64,000 bases of DNA, taken from Candidatus Moanibacter sp. (GTDB taxonomy: Bacteria > Verrucomicrobiota > Verrucomicrobiia > Opitutales > UBA2987). Every line of letters starts with the position of its first letter. Position 1 is the first letter of the stretch. Positions 32,645 to 40,648 of the stretch are shown here, one piece after another. The translations under genes were made by a program, and so were the position numbers. Where the stretch lies: the NCBI GenBank assembly GCA_965215885.1, contig CBDCEW010000105.1, positions 288,001 to 352,000 of the forward strand, read 5' to 3'. Below the pieces are notes generated by a model. It did not search any database. It was given only the letters and a program-made list of their open reading frames with translations, and was not told where the DNA came from.

Positions 32645-33433
32645 TGACATTTCACCTCTGAGATCGATCTCGCAGTTAACCATATAAGATATCACACGGA
32701 AGCCAATCTTTTCCAGGATCGGTTGGCTCGTGGGCATTGCTTCGACACACAAGAAACGAACTTCTCTGTCAATCGCTTCTTGGGCTCTTACCCCCACAAG
32801 TGCAGAATAAAATCCCTGATTACGATAATCGGGGTGCGTTGATCCGCCCAACAGATAGGAAAACTGACTTTCCGGATGAAAGGTACAGCGCGCACAACTG
32901 ACCGGCTGGTTATTCTTATGAGCAATGTAAACGCTCATATAGTCTGGATGACTGCTCAAGAAAAATTCCATGAACTTGGTTAACTTGTCGAACGGCTGAT
33001 TCCAAACAGCCTCTGAAACACTTCGGAATTTATGGAGATGTTGAGGGTCGGTGATTCGTCGAATGTCGTGTTTTGAGACCTTTAGCAATTGCTCGGGTCG
33101 ATCTTCCAGATCGACAACCATTACAGCGCAACGCGATGAGATTGAAAATCCAGTTCGCTTCAGAACGTCAAGTAGGTTACCAGGGGGTTCGTGTTCGTAA
33201 ACTTTCCATTCGAGTGTACGGTTTAAACTGCGCTCATAGTTGATCTCTCGCTCAATCCTTTTCTCCAACTCGGACGGTGAAATACAAGAGAACTTGATCT
33301 TGGCTTCATCTTCCATGCGTGAAAGGTGCCTTACAATATCAGGCGTCGCCTCTCTTCGCATGTGCGGATAAACCACCTCACGACGGTCGAGATCGAAATA
33401 GTCAAGAACCTCTTCACGTTCTAAGGTGCTCAT
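32639..33433 (-). CDS. GNAT N-acetyltransferase (cassette)
   Basis: LLGGSTHPDYRNQGFYSALV...SQPILEKIGF. Confidence 0.88.
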   Translation of the reverse strand: MSTLEREEVLDYFDLDRREVVYPHMRREATPDIVRHLSRMEDEAKIKFSCISPSELEKRIEREINYERSLNRTLEWKVYEHEPPGNLLDVLKRTGFSISSRCAVMVVDLEDRPEQLLKVSKHDIRRITDPQHLHKFRSVSEAVWNQPFDKLTKFMEFFLSSHPDYMSVYIAHKNNQPVSCARCTFHPESQFSYLLGGSTHPDYRNQGFYSALVGVRAQEAIDREVRFLCVEAMPTSQPILEKIGFRVISYMVNCEIDLRGEMSA

Positions 33434-33454
33434 ACGCGTTTTTGGCTAAATGAA

Positions 33455-33518
33455 GCATAACGTTCAAGCTCTGGCGCGGAGGCGCATGCCGACGTTGTCC
33501 AGAAGCGCCGTGTTCGCC
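33455..33518 (-). other. attC site (64 bp)
   Basis: GCATAAC...GTTCGCC. Confidence 0.82.
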
Positions 33519-33522
33519 GTCT

Positions 33523-33783
33523 CTATTGGGCTACGAGCGGGTACTTCTCCGGTTCGTCCAGGCTCTCCACGTCCAGATCGACATCCAGTGCTTCCCAAAA
33601 TAGGTGAAAATCATGGATGAGGCGTACGTCGCAAATCTGCTCTACCGTGGCCTTTCTGAACCACGGGAAATGGTCGTAATCGAGGAAATACTCTCTCCCT
33701 TGCAGGAATATCCAAATTCCGTGTGGAGAAATATTCTGAATCTCAACCCCCGAAGTGGCTTTTCCAACTGTCTCTGATTTCAT
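33523..33783 (-). CDS. DUF2442 protein (putative antitoxin)
   Basis: NISPHGIWI...YFL.Y..FPWFRKAT...LFWEALDVDL. Confidence 0.82.
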   Translation of the reverse strand: MKSETVGKATSGVEIQNISPHGIWIFLQGREYFLDYDHFPWFRKATVEQICDVRLIHDFHLFWEALDVDLDVESLDEPEKYPLVAQ

Positions 33784-33982
33784 CGGCTCTCTCCTCCACA
33801 ATTTCTTGCAGTTCCCGAAGCTCCTTGTCCTTAAGTCCCTTATTTACTGCGAGTTCAATTTCAGGTTCAATCCAGTATTTCGCCTCTCCGTCCGGCGAAT
33901 ACACATGTACATGCATTCGATCCTCCTCTCGGGAGAAGAAATAGAATCGGTAACTTCCGATTCGAAATATCGTCGGACTCAT
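33743..33982 (-). CDS. DUF4160 protein (putative toxin)
   Basis: MSPTIFRIGSYRFYFFSREEDRMHVHV...EAKYWIEP...W..HF. Confidence 0.85.
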   Translation of the reverse strand: MSPTIFRIGSYRFYFFSREEDRMHVHVYSPDGEAKYWIEPEIELAVNKGLKDKELRELQEIVEERADEIRDSWKSHFGG

Positions 33983-34027
33983 GTAAATAGCCTATCCGCC
34001 GGGTCGTCTGTCTCAATGTTATATTTC

Positions 34028-34117
34028 GGCGAACGCTGGAACGCAGGCATGCCGGCCAATTGGCTTCACTCTGAAACGGCGGCACAAACCGGCATTGCCT
34101 GGCGTGATTTGTTAGGT
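34028..34117 (-). other. attC site (90 bp)
   Basis: GGCGAAC...GTTAGGT; stem CAGGCATGCCGG / CCGGCATTGCCTG. Confidence 0.87.
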
Positions 34118-34372
34118 GCTTGTTTTTTTCTTTTCGATCGCTTCTTTTCCAATGATCAACCAACCCCTACGAGTCGAGTATATCAGGATCGCGGTTAAAA
34201 ATAGGGGCAGGCCCGTGATGTAAACGAGATAGGCACTCAATGTCCTAATTTTTTCCCATTCTGTCGGCTCAAACATCAAAATGGCCACCCCCATCGCGAA
34301 AATGCAGACATAGAGGCCGAAAAACAGATTCTCCGCTGGCGAAACATGTCTGTGTTCTGTTCCGGACTTCAT
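34112..34372 (-). CDS. Small two-TM hypothetical protein (cassette)
   Basis: Fills the cassette; stop codon lies in the inverse core ACCTAAC. Confidence 0.7.
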   Translation of the reverse strand: MKSGTEHRHVSPAENLFFGLYVCIFAMGVAILMFEPTEWEKIRTLSAYLVYITGLPLFLTAILIYSTRRGWLIIGKEAIEKKKTST

Positions 34373-34383
34373 GGAATCTCGCT

Positions 34384-34442
34384 ACCTAACGTTAAAGCGC
34401 TAAGACGGCGGCACCTGCCGCCGTTCTAAGGAGCGTCTGGTT
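34384..34442 (-). other. attC site split by tandem introns (last 4 nt ATAC at 35900-35903)
   Basis: ACCTAAC...ACGGCGGCA-cc-TGCCGCCGT...GGTT|intron. Confidence 0.85.
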
Positions 34443-35357
34443 GTGTGCCGGGCAGGACCGACTGCTTAATGGTGAAGTTAACGTCAGAAGGAAATGACAC
34501 ATGAAGTAAACAAAGTCCAGACCCAGCCCGATGGAGGCGAAGGGTAGCCGATGGCAAGAGTATCGCAGCGATGAGGGCTCGAAGGAAGCTGGAGGCAAAG
34601 ACGCGTGCTGACGAACAGGTATGCCCCGCACCGGAAACGGTGGAGGGCAGGCAGATGAGGCGAGGGAAGACTGGGACGAGCCTGCAACACAAGATGAAGT
34701 CCTCTATCCATCAGAGAGTTGACCCGCGTATATCTGACGGTGGTGCGTCGAAAGTAGTCGGAATGACCCCGGGAGAGCCGCTATGTCTCCTGATTTTCAG
34801 GAGTGAGCAACCCGCAAGGGAAGCCTACCGCATAGGGGCAGTCAGCAGCCTGTCCTCCGAAGCTCGGAGAGCGAAGGACGGGAGGGCATAAGAGTCGTAG
34901 GAAACGAGCCGGGAGTAGTCGCCGACGGGAAACCCGTCCGACGACGAATCCGGAGGACTCACCCCGACAAAGGCCCGAACGGTGCCTGTGTCGAAGGGCA
35001 CAGGTAAATGAGAGTGGCAAGTAGGAAGAGCGACTAATGAACTCATTGCAGCAGTCCAGCTCAGAAGAGTTTGTTGCGTCGCGAATATCCAAAAGCCCGA
35101 CAGGACGGATCCGGCTCCTGGAGAGTATCCCGGAGCGGAAGAACATGCAGCACGCGCTGCACTTTGCCCGCTACGTCGACGACTGTGTCATCTTCGTCCG
35201 AAGCGAGCGAGCAGGGAAACGGGTAATGAAATTTCCAGTCATTCGGGAGCGTCTTCCCCTGGACCCGATCCTGCCTGATCAGCCGAACCGCCACTTACGG
35301 ACCCGTACGAGTGGTGGTGTGGGAGGGGCGCCCCGCGAGGGGCGTCCCTATCCCGAT
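34443..35357 (+). mobile_element. Miniature group IIC-attC intron, copy C (915 nt); DV and DVI look intact
   Basis: GTGTG 5' end; DV GAACCGCCACTTACGGACCCGTACGAGTGGTGGTGTG; DVI GGGGCGCCCCGCGAGGGGCGTCCCTATCCC with bulged A; AT 3' end; RT remnant RYVDDC. Confidence 0.92.
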
Positions 35358-35899
35358 GTGTGCCGGGCAGGACCGACTGCTTAATGGTGAAGTTAACGTC
35401 AGAAGGAAATGACACATGAAGTAAACAAAGTCCAGACCCAGCCCGATGGAGGCGAAGGGTAGCCGATGGCAAGAAGCATCCCACGGGAGTGGGATGCTAC
35501 GAAGAATCCGGAGGACTCACCCCGACAAAGGCCCGAACGGTGCCTGTGCCGAATGGCACAGGTAAATGAGAGTGGCAAGTAGGAAGAGCGACTAATGAAC
35601 TCATTGCAGCAGTCCAGCTCAGAAGAGTTTGTTGCGTCGCGAGTATCCAAAAGCCCGACAGGACGGATCCGGTTCCTGGAGAGTATCCCGGAGCGGAAGA
35701 ACATGCAGCGCGCGCTGCACTTTGCCCGCTACGTCGAGGACTGTGTCATCTTCGTCCGAAGCGAGCGGGGAGGGAAACGGGTGATGAATTCCCATCATTC
35801 GGGCTCGTCTTCCCCTGGACCCGATCCTGCCTGAGCAGCCGAACCGCCACTTACGGACCCGTACGAGTGGTGGTGTGGGAGGGGCGTCCCTATCCCGAT
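35358..35899 (+). mobile_element. Miniature group IIC-attC intron, copy D (542 nt), head-to-tail with copy C
   Basis: Begins GTGTGCCGGG right after CCCGAT of copy C; further internal deletion near 35475; DVI shortened. Confidence 0.9.
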
Positions 35900-35930
35900 A
35901 TACCTCCAATTCGGTAGCCCTGTTCTGAAA

Positions 35931-36745
35931 TCAATCCCGATTAGCCTCGATCCACCCTACAGCGAAGTCGACTAGTTCGCATTGTGGAAAGAGAACCGAT
36001 ACAGCGTAGCCCACTTTGCCTCGAACGACTTGGTTTGATGCACTTTCGTATGCCTGCCCAATCTGTGGAAAGTCATCCGAGCATGAGTCAATGTCCGAAA
36101 ACTCGGTCCAATAGGTGGCTCCGTCTCGGGAGATGGGCGCTCCATGCCTTACTATTTGTTTGGATGCGAAGCTTGCCCGAAACTCCGCCAGATGAAGCGA
36201 GGAATTGGAATCGTGTCCCACACCGATCAAAAGAACGCTTCCTCCACTTTCGTAGACCCTCGCCAGCGGCGATTGCTCGCCAAACGAACTTTCCAAAGCG
36301 TGGTCGCTGGTTACAAAGTCAGCTCTTGGACCGGAAGCAGCAAATGAAACGTGGGGGTGGTTGCTGCGCACCACGCTGTCCGCGCCTCGAAAGCACTCAG
36401 GGATTGCGCCCATACCCCGTGTGGGAGTGAACGGTCAAACGCCGGCATTGTTCGACGTATTGTTGGCCACCAAGTCGGATCGACTGGAGGATTACTCCAT
36501 CCTGCAGGATCGGTTAGGCCGCCCGAGTGAGTGGGCATTACCAATGTTCCCTTTGGTCCAAGTGCGCTTAGGAGAGCGTTGACGACCGCCACGGGACCGC
36601 CGGCGACCCAGCCGATCGAGCTGAGAGACGAGTGAACCAGCAAGGTCATACCATCCGTTACTCCCAGTTGGGTCAAGTCGCACACGAGGCGGTCCTGAAT
36701 GACCGGACCCGCGATCGAGTTACTGATGACATCTCGCTCAGTCAC
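35931..36745 (-). pseudogene. AAC(3)/YokD-family acetyltransferase, frameshifted near 36432
   Basis: LVHSSLSSIGWVAGG, GTLVMPTHS, then in another frame TPTRGMGAIPE, RSNHPHVSF, LIGVGHDSNSSLHLAE. Confidence 0.88.
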
Positions 36746-36767
36746 TGAAGACCCTTTAATCCTGTAC

Positions 36768-36830
36768 GTATAACGATCGGTCTCACACGCGGCGGCGTTA
36801 GCCGGCGTTGTGTGAAGACACTGGTTATGC
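36768..36830 (-). other. attC site (63 bp)
   Basis: GTATAAC...GTTATGC; stem GTCTCACAC / GTGTGAAGAC. Confidence 0.87.
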
Positions 36831-37136
36831 CTTCGCCGTGGCCATAGAATGAACCTCCGATGCAATCTTCTTTCCGACCTCCCGCTCGGCCACTTCGAGA
36901 TCGTGTTCTCCTTGAAGCCCAACCCAGAATTCCGCCGTAGTCCCAAAGTATCTTGAGAGCCGCAAGGCGGTTTCAGCCGTAATCGATCGACGACCTTTTA
37001 CGATTTCAGTGATGCGCGAGGCCGGAATTCCGGTTTCGCGTGCCAACTGAGCTTGGGTTAGGCCCATCGGCTTGATGAACTCTTCGAGGAGGATCTCCCC
37101 CGGAGGAATAGTTGGTAAGCGATTTTTCTGCTTCAT
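36825..37136 (-). CDS. higA: HigA antitoxin (HTH-XRE)
   Basis: PPGEILLEEFIKPMGLTQ..LA...RITEIVKGRRSITAETALRL..YFGT..EFW.GLQ. Confidence 0.93.
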   Translation of the reverse strand: MKQKNRLPTIPPGEILLEEFIKPMGLTQAQLARETGIPASRITEIVKGRRSITAETALRLSRYFGTTAEFWVGLQGEHDLEVAEREVGKKIASEVHSMATAKA

Positions 37137-37141
37137 TGTGG

Positions 37142-37423
37142 TCAGTGGTAATCTATGATTCGGGCTTCTCGGACGGTTCCTTCCTTCCAGCGGAAAAGGA
37201 TTCTCCATTGGTCGTTGATTCGGATACTCCAGTGTCCCCGCAAATTGCCCCGCATTGCCTCCAGTCGGTTTGCTGGCGCAATCCTGAGATCCCGAAGTTC
37301 TCTCGCCTGATTCAGCATGCGCAGTTTTCGACGCGCACGATGCTGGATGTCATCCGGCAATCGGGTGGAGCGGATTCCCTGGTATACCTTTTTCGTCTCG
37401 CCATCACCGAATGATTCAATCAC
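37142..37423 (-). CDS. higB: HigB toxin (RelE-like)
   Basis: MIESF.D..T...ARRKL..L...DLR..P.NRLE...G..SIRINDQWRI.F.W...I.DYH. Confidence 0.93.
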   Translation of the reverse strand: MIESFGDGETKKVYQGIRSTRLPDDIQHRARRKLRMLNQARELRDLRIAPANRLEAMRGNLRGHWSIRINDQWRILFRWKEGTVREARIIDYH

Positions 37424-37424
37424 G

Positions 37425-37459
37425 CGTAACGACTACGAGATGCCCACTGTTACGTCAAG
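37425..37459 (-). promoter_or_regulatory. Probable cassette-internal higBA promoter/operator
   Basis: TTGACG on the minus strand at 37459-37454; CGTAAC...GTTACG inverted half-sites across the promoter. Confidence 0.5.
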
Positions 37460-37508
37460 CGTAATTACGAAATACGTAATTTTCCCAGATGCGAATCAAT
37501 CCTTATTG

Positions 37509-37567
37509 GCATAACGCTGCGGATCACGCGCGGCTGCAAGCCGTCGCGTGCATCCGGCTTGTTCGCA
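37509..37567 (-). other. attC site (59 bp)
   Basis: GCATAAC...GTTCGCA; stem CGGATCACGCG / CGCGTGCATCCG. Confidence 0.92.
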
Positions 37568-37586
37568 CTCTCTCTGCCTGGTTCGG

Positions 37587-38660
37587 TCAGCCGATTCGCC
37601 ATTCGATGCGTTCAACGCCCCAATCACGGTCAGGTGCCTTCACGCTTTCGAATCCCCAGAACTCCGTGGTCGAGTCCGTGGTCTGCGGCTCACCAAACAG
37701 GGGGTCGCAAGGGGAGTAGAGCGAACCCAAGGGGAACACATTGTTGCTCTTTTCTATGGGCGCGAAATGTATGCCGTCTTCCGACCAGTGGATCCAACGC
37801 TCGCCTTTCTCGCCAGCCATGTCGCCGTAGTTGGGGATCATGAGCATGCCGTGCTTGTAGCGCCAGCAGAAATGCCCGTGCCCGATCAGAAGCGGATTGC
37901 CTTCGTATTTTCTGTACGGCCCCGTTAGAGCATCTGCGATGGCCACCCCGTTCTCGGTCGGCACGCCCGCGCGAATCCCCTTGTAGTACATGAACCACTT
38001 GCCGTCGAGATACACGTGCCTCGGGTTCAGAACTCTGTCACTGTCCCAGCTCTCTCCGTCCATTGCGGGTTCCACCAGGACGTCGACGCCGGGCGGCAGT
38101 GCCCATGGCCCGGCCGGCGAGTCGGCAACTAGGCAAGAGATGCCGACCATCCGATGCCCATATTTCTCGACATTGTTGGACCAGACCTCGGTGAACAGGT
38201 AGAACCTGTCCTGGTGGAACACAACGTTGGGTTGTTCCAACAGCAGGTCATAGCATGAACCGGCGGGGCCGAGCGGCAGATGGGCGTGTGCAGTCCAGTT
38301 ATGTGTGTCCTCCGAACTCAAGTAGAGGATGCGCGACGAGCGGGGCCTGTAGGCCTGGCCCTCGGGCGTCTTGAAGAAGTCGGTGTCGGCCCAGTAATGC
38401 GCTTCGGCGCAAAGGGAACGATCGAGATCGATCATCCACATGTGGTATTTGCCGCCGTGATAGATGATGCGGGACGGGTCAGACTGCCAGTTGTTGGGGC
38501 TGAGCGTGACGTCTTCGGGGTTGGCAATCCAGTTCATGTTTCTGGAGGTGCGAGTCTTTGTGATGCTTTTCAGTTCGGGCGGCCCGGTGTAACTGCCTTC
38601 TGCTGCACGAAAGTAGATTCCGTCCTCGCCCACTGTTCTCTTGTTCATGTCCCCATTCAT
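37587..38660 (-). CDS. Five-bladed beta-propeller glycoside hydrolase-like protein (GH43-like), first cassette
   Basis: SDPSRII...YHMW, SSED..NW, ADSPAGPW, WFMYYKG, AIAD..TGPY.KY.GNP, WSEDGIHF. Confidence 0.72.
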   Translation of the reverse strand: MNGDMNKRTVGEDGIYFRAAEGSYTGPPELKSITKTRTSRNMNWIANPEDVTLSPNNWQSDPSRIIYHGGKYHMWMIDLDRSLCAEAHYWADTDFFKTPEGQAYRPRSSRILYLSSEDTHNWTAHAHLPLGPAGSCYDLLLEQPNVVFHQDRFYLFTEVWSNNVEKYGHRMVGISCLVADSPAGPWALPPGVDVLVEPAMDGESWDSDRVLNPRHVYLDGKWFMYYKGIRAGVPTENGVAIADALTGPYRKYEGNPLLIGHGHFCWRYKHGMLMIPNYGDMAGEKGERWIHWSEDGIHFAPIEKSNNVFPLGSLYSPCDPLFGEPQTTDSTTEFWGFESVKAPDRDWGVERIEWRIG

Positions 38661-38680
38661 GGCGTGCTTGGTCTCCCTGG

Positions 38681-38760
38681 TGCGAACAGTTTAATGGGCT
38701 CCACTCAGTCGTGGATATTATGGGTTAGGATAGCCAGAAATACAGCGATCTGGGGGAGAA
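38681..38760 (-). other. attI region; crossover G/TT at 38687
   Basis: Core GTTCGCA matches the first attC; no attC-like stem upstream; adjacent to the divergent intI. Confidence 0.65.
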
Positions 38761-39086
38761 CTCCTACCATCGACATTCCTTTCCTAAGCTCAGGTTTCAT
38801 GCGGCTTGGAGTCGATACAAGCCTTAAATATCACCAAGGTTTCCGTACGACGCAACCATGAATTATCCGCCGACAGAAGCTTCACTCGAAAACCTTCAGG
38901 AGGTTGTCGATTCCGGCCAGAAGGCAAATGCTATACTCGGTCGTGGATATTATCCTTCATGCACCGTGCCGCTAAGGCCTACTGCTCGTCTGTATGTTGT
39001 TGGGTGGCAGTGACTAATCACTCTGTGCAAGTGTCGGCATGGAGATTATCCCAACTGCAGAACCTCAACTGAGTGGCGCATAACAC

Positions 39087-39108
39087 TTGACAACGGGAAC
39101 AAATGTTC
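39087..39108 (+). promoter_or_regulatory. Candidate intI promoter -35 with a GAAC-N4-GTTC palindrome (possible LexA box)
   Basis: TTGACA 39087-39092; GAACAAATGTTC 39097-39108; ATG at 39125. Confidence 0.5.
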
Positions 39109-39124
39109 ACTGTGTGGTTGTCCA

Positions 39125-39938
39125 ATGAAAATCGTGCATTTCCCGCGCTGGGCGGAGATCCTGGAGCGTTCTGATGTCGACTCCCGTACGAGAGAATTCT
39201 ATCTCATTACCATCCGCTGGTATCTATCATGGTGTACGAAGGCAGGGCTCGCAGCAACTAATCGATCCGCCCAGGAATTTGTCGAGTGGGCTGCTCGCGA
39301 GAGATCCTCATCTGAAAGGACCGTAGCGCGATGGAAAGAGGCAATTCGCTGGTTTTTCGCCAACGGTGAGCGAAGGGAGATTCCAACCGATGGATTTGGA
39401 GCGGGGTCAGGTCGTTGTTCGATGCGGGAAGGGCGACAAAGACCGGATAGCTCCAATGCTAAAAGTTCTGGAAAAGGAGCTTAGAACGCATATGGATCAA
39501 CTGGCTGAGACGTTCGAATCTGATCGGGCGAGGCATCTTCCAAGAGTCTTCCTTCCGGGCGGCCTTGAGCGCAAATTCCCAAGGGCAGGGATCGAATGGG
39601 CATGGCAGTGGTTCTGGCCCAGCCGGGAACTCAGCATCGACTCAAGGAGTGGGATTAAGCGCCGGCACCATGTGCAACCGAACCACAATCAAGCCGCAAT
39701 CAAGCGTGCGGCACAAAATGCCGGCATCGGGAAGAGAGTGACCAGCCATGCCCTCCGCCACTCATTCGCCACGCACCTGTTCGAAGGCGGGGTGGATATC
39801 CGCACCGTTCAGGATTTATTGGGCCATGCGCATATCGAAACCACGCAGATCTATCTGCATGTAATGACTAAGCCCGGTGCGGGTAGTCTCAGCCCCTTGG
39901 ATCTGATGGCGTATTGTGCCGAAGGGAAAGAAATGTAA
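39125..39938 (+). pseudogene. intI: Integron integrase with internal deletion/frameshift
   Basis: GKGDKDR, integron-specific insert [12 protein letters not shown]...WAWQWFWPS...[32 protein letters not shown]; box I (G.R) absent; N-terminal part in another frame. Confidence 0.92.
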
Positions 39939-39959
39939 ACTCGTGGCGCTCCGCTCCTC

Positions 39960-40460
39960 AATTTCTAGGAATCTCAATGGTCATCATCGGAAGCCGCTTC
40001 GGTCCCATCGAAGGAGGTGGTGCAACCCTCATCGTCAGGTTAACTGAAGGTCTGAAAAATCACCTCGGGTCCTTGGGATCAACCGCAAAATGGTCTTTTC
40101 AAATTGGAGCTTGGAGCGCGATTTTCAGCAGTCTCCCGGGTGTCTGGCAAAGCGTCCCCTACCTTTTCGCCGATTTCTGGCAACTGCGAAAGATCCAATG
40201 GCAGAGCGACACCCGCTTTTCCGTAAGCACGACATCGAGGCCTTATAACGCCTATCTACTAACCATCGTAATTAGGTGGTGCATTGCGATCATCACAACA
40301 GCAAGAGCAAGGCCCATCGTATGACAGGTCCGGAGCATGGAAAGCCTTATGAGGTGGTATCGGCTGATTAATGTTTTGCTGGCTATACTCACGACGTCAT
40401 CCGCCGTTTCGCAGTCTTCGGGGGTGACTGCTAACACTTCTAACACGGTCGCCGGTAACG
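39960..40460 (+). pseudogene. Fragments of a membrane transporter gene (possibly Nramp-like)
   Basis: GAWSAIFSSLPGVWQSVPYLFADFW; no intact start or end. Confidence 0.4.
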
Positions 40461-40648
40461 CTTTCGGCGCCCTGTAGTGATGAGGCGAATAGCCGATCAG
40501 CGGCCTTTTTTTCGGGTCCTGAATCAGGAATAGTGCGATAACCACATTTTGAAGAAGCTTAGCTTTGAAAGGCAATGTATTGGATCGGTTTAGCCCGCAT
40601 ATTGCAAGATGTCGCTACGCTCGGTACACCGCTTTGGCGCAACCGGAG

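Larger units (their letters stand above)
26387..38687 (-). mobile_element. Integron cassette array (~10-11 cassettes)
   Basis: Cassette core 7-mers matched by the inverse core of the same cassette's attC: GTTCGCA 38687/37561, GTTATGC 37515/36824, GTTATAC 36774/(34440+35900), GTTAGGT 34390/34111, GTTCGCC 34034/33512, GTTATGC 33461/32638, GTTGGGC 31977/(28899+31487), GTTAGCT 26589/26387. Confidence 0.93.

Noticed and set aside
31103..35834. Functional reverse transcriptase, retron or DGR from the Y(V)DD-containing ORFs
   Set aside because: The ORFs are only 79-115 aa, keep only the RT5 segment and lie inside group II intron ends; no template/variable repeat pair seen
26387..38687. CRISPR array
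   Set aside because: The repeats are variable attC hairpins and intron copies separated by whole genes; no constant-length repeat/spacer pattern and no cas genes
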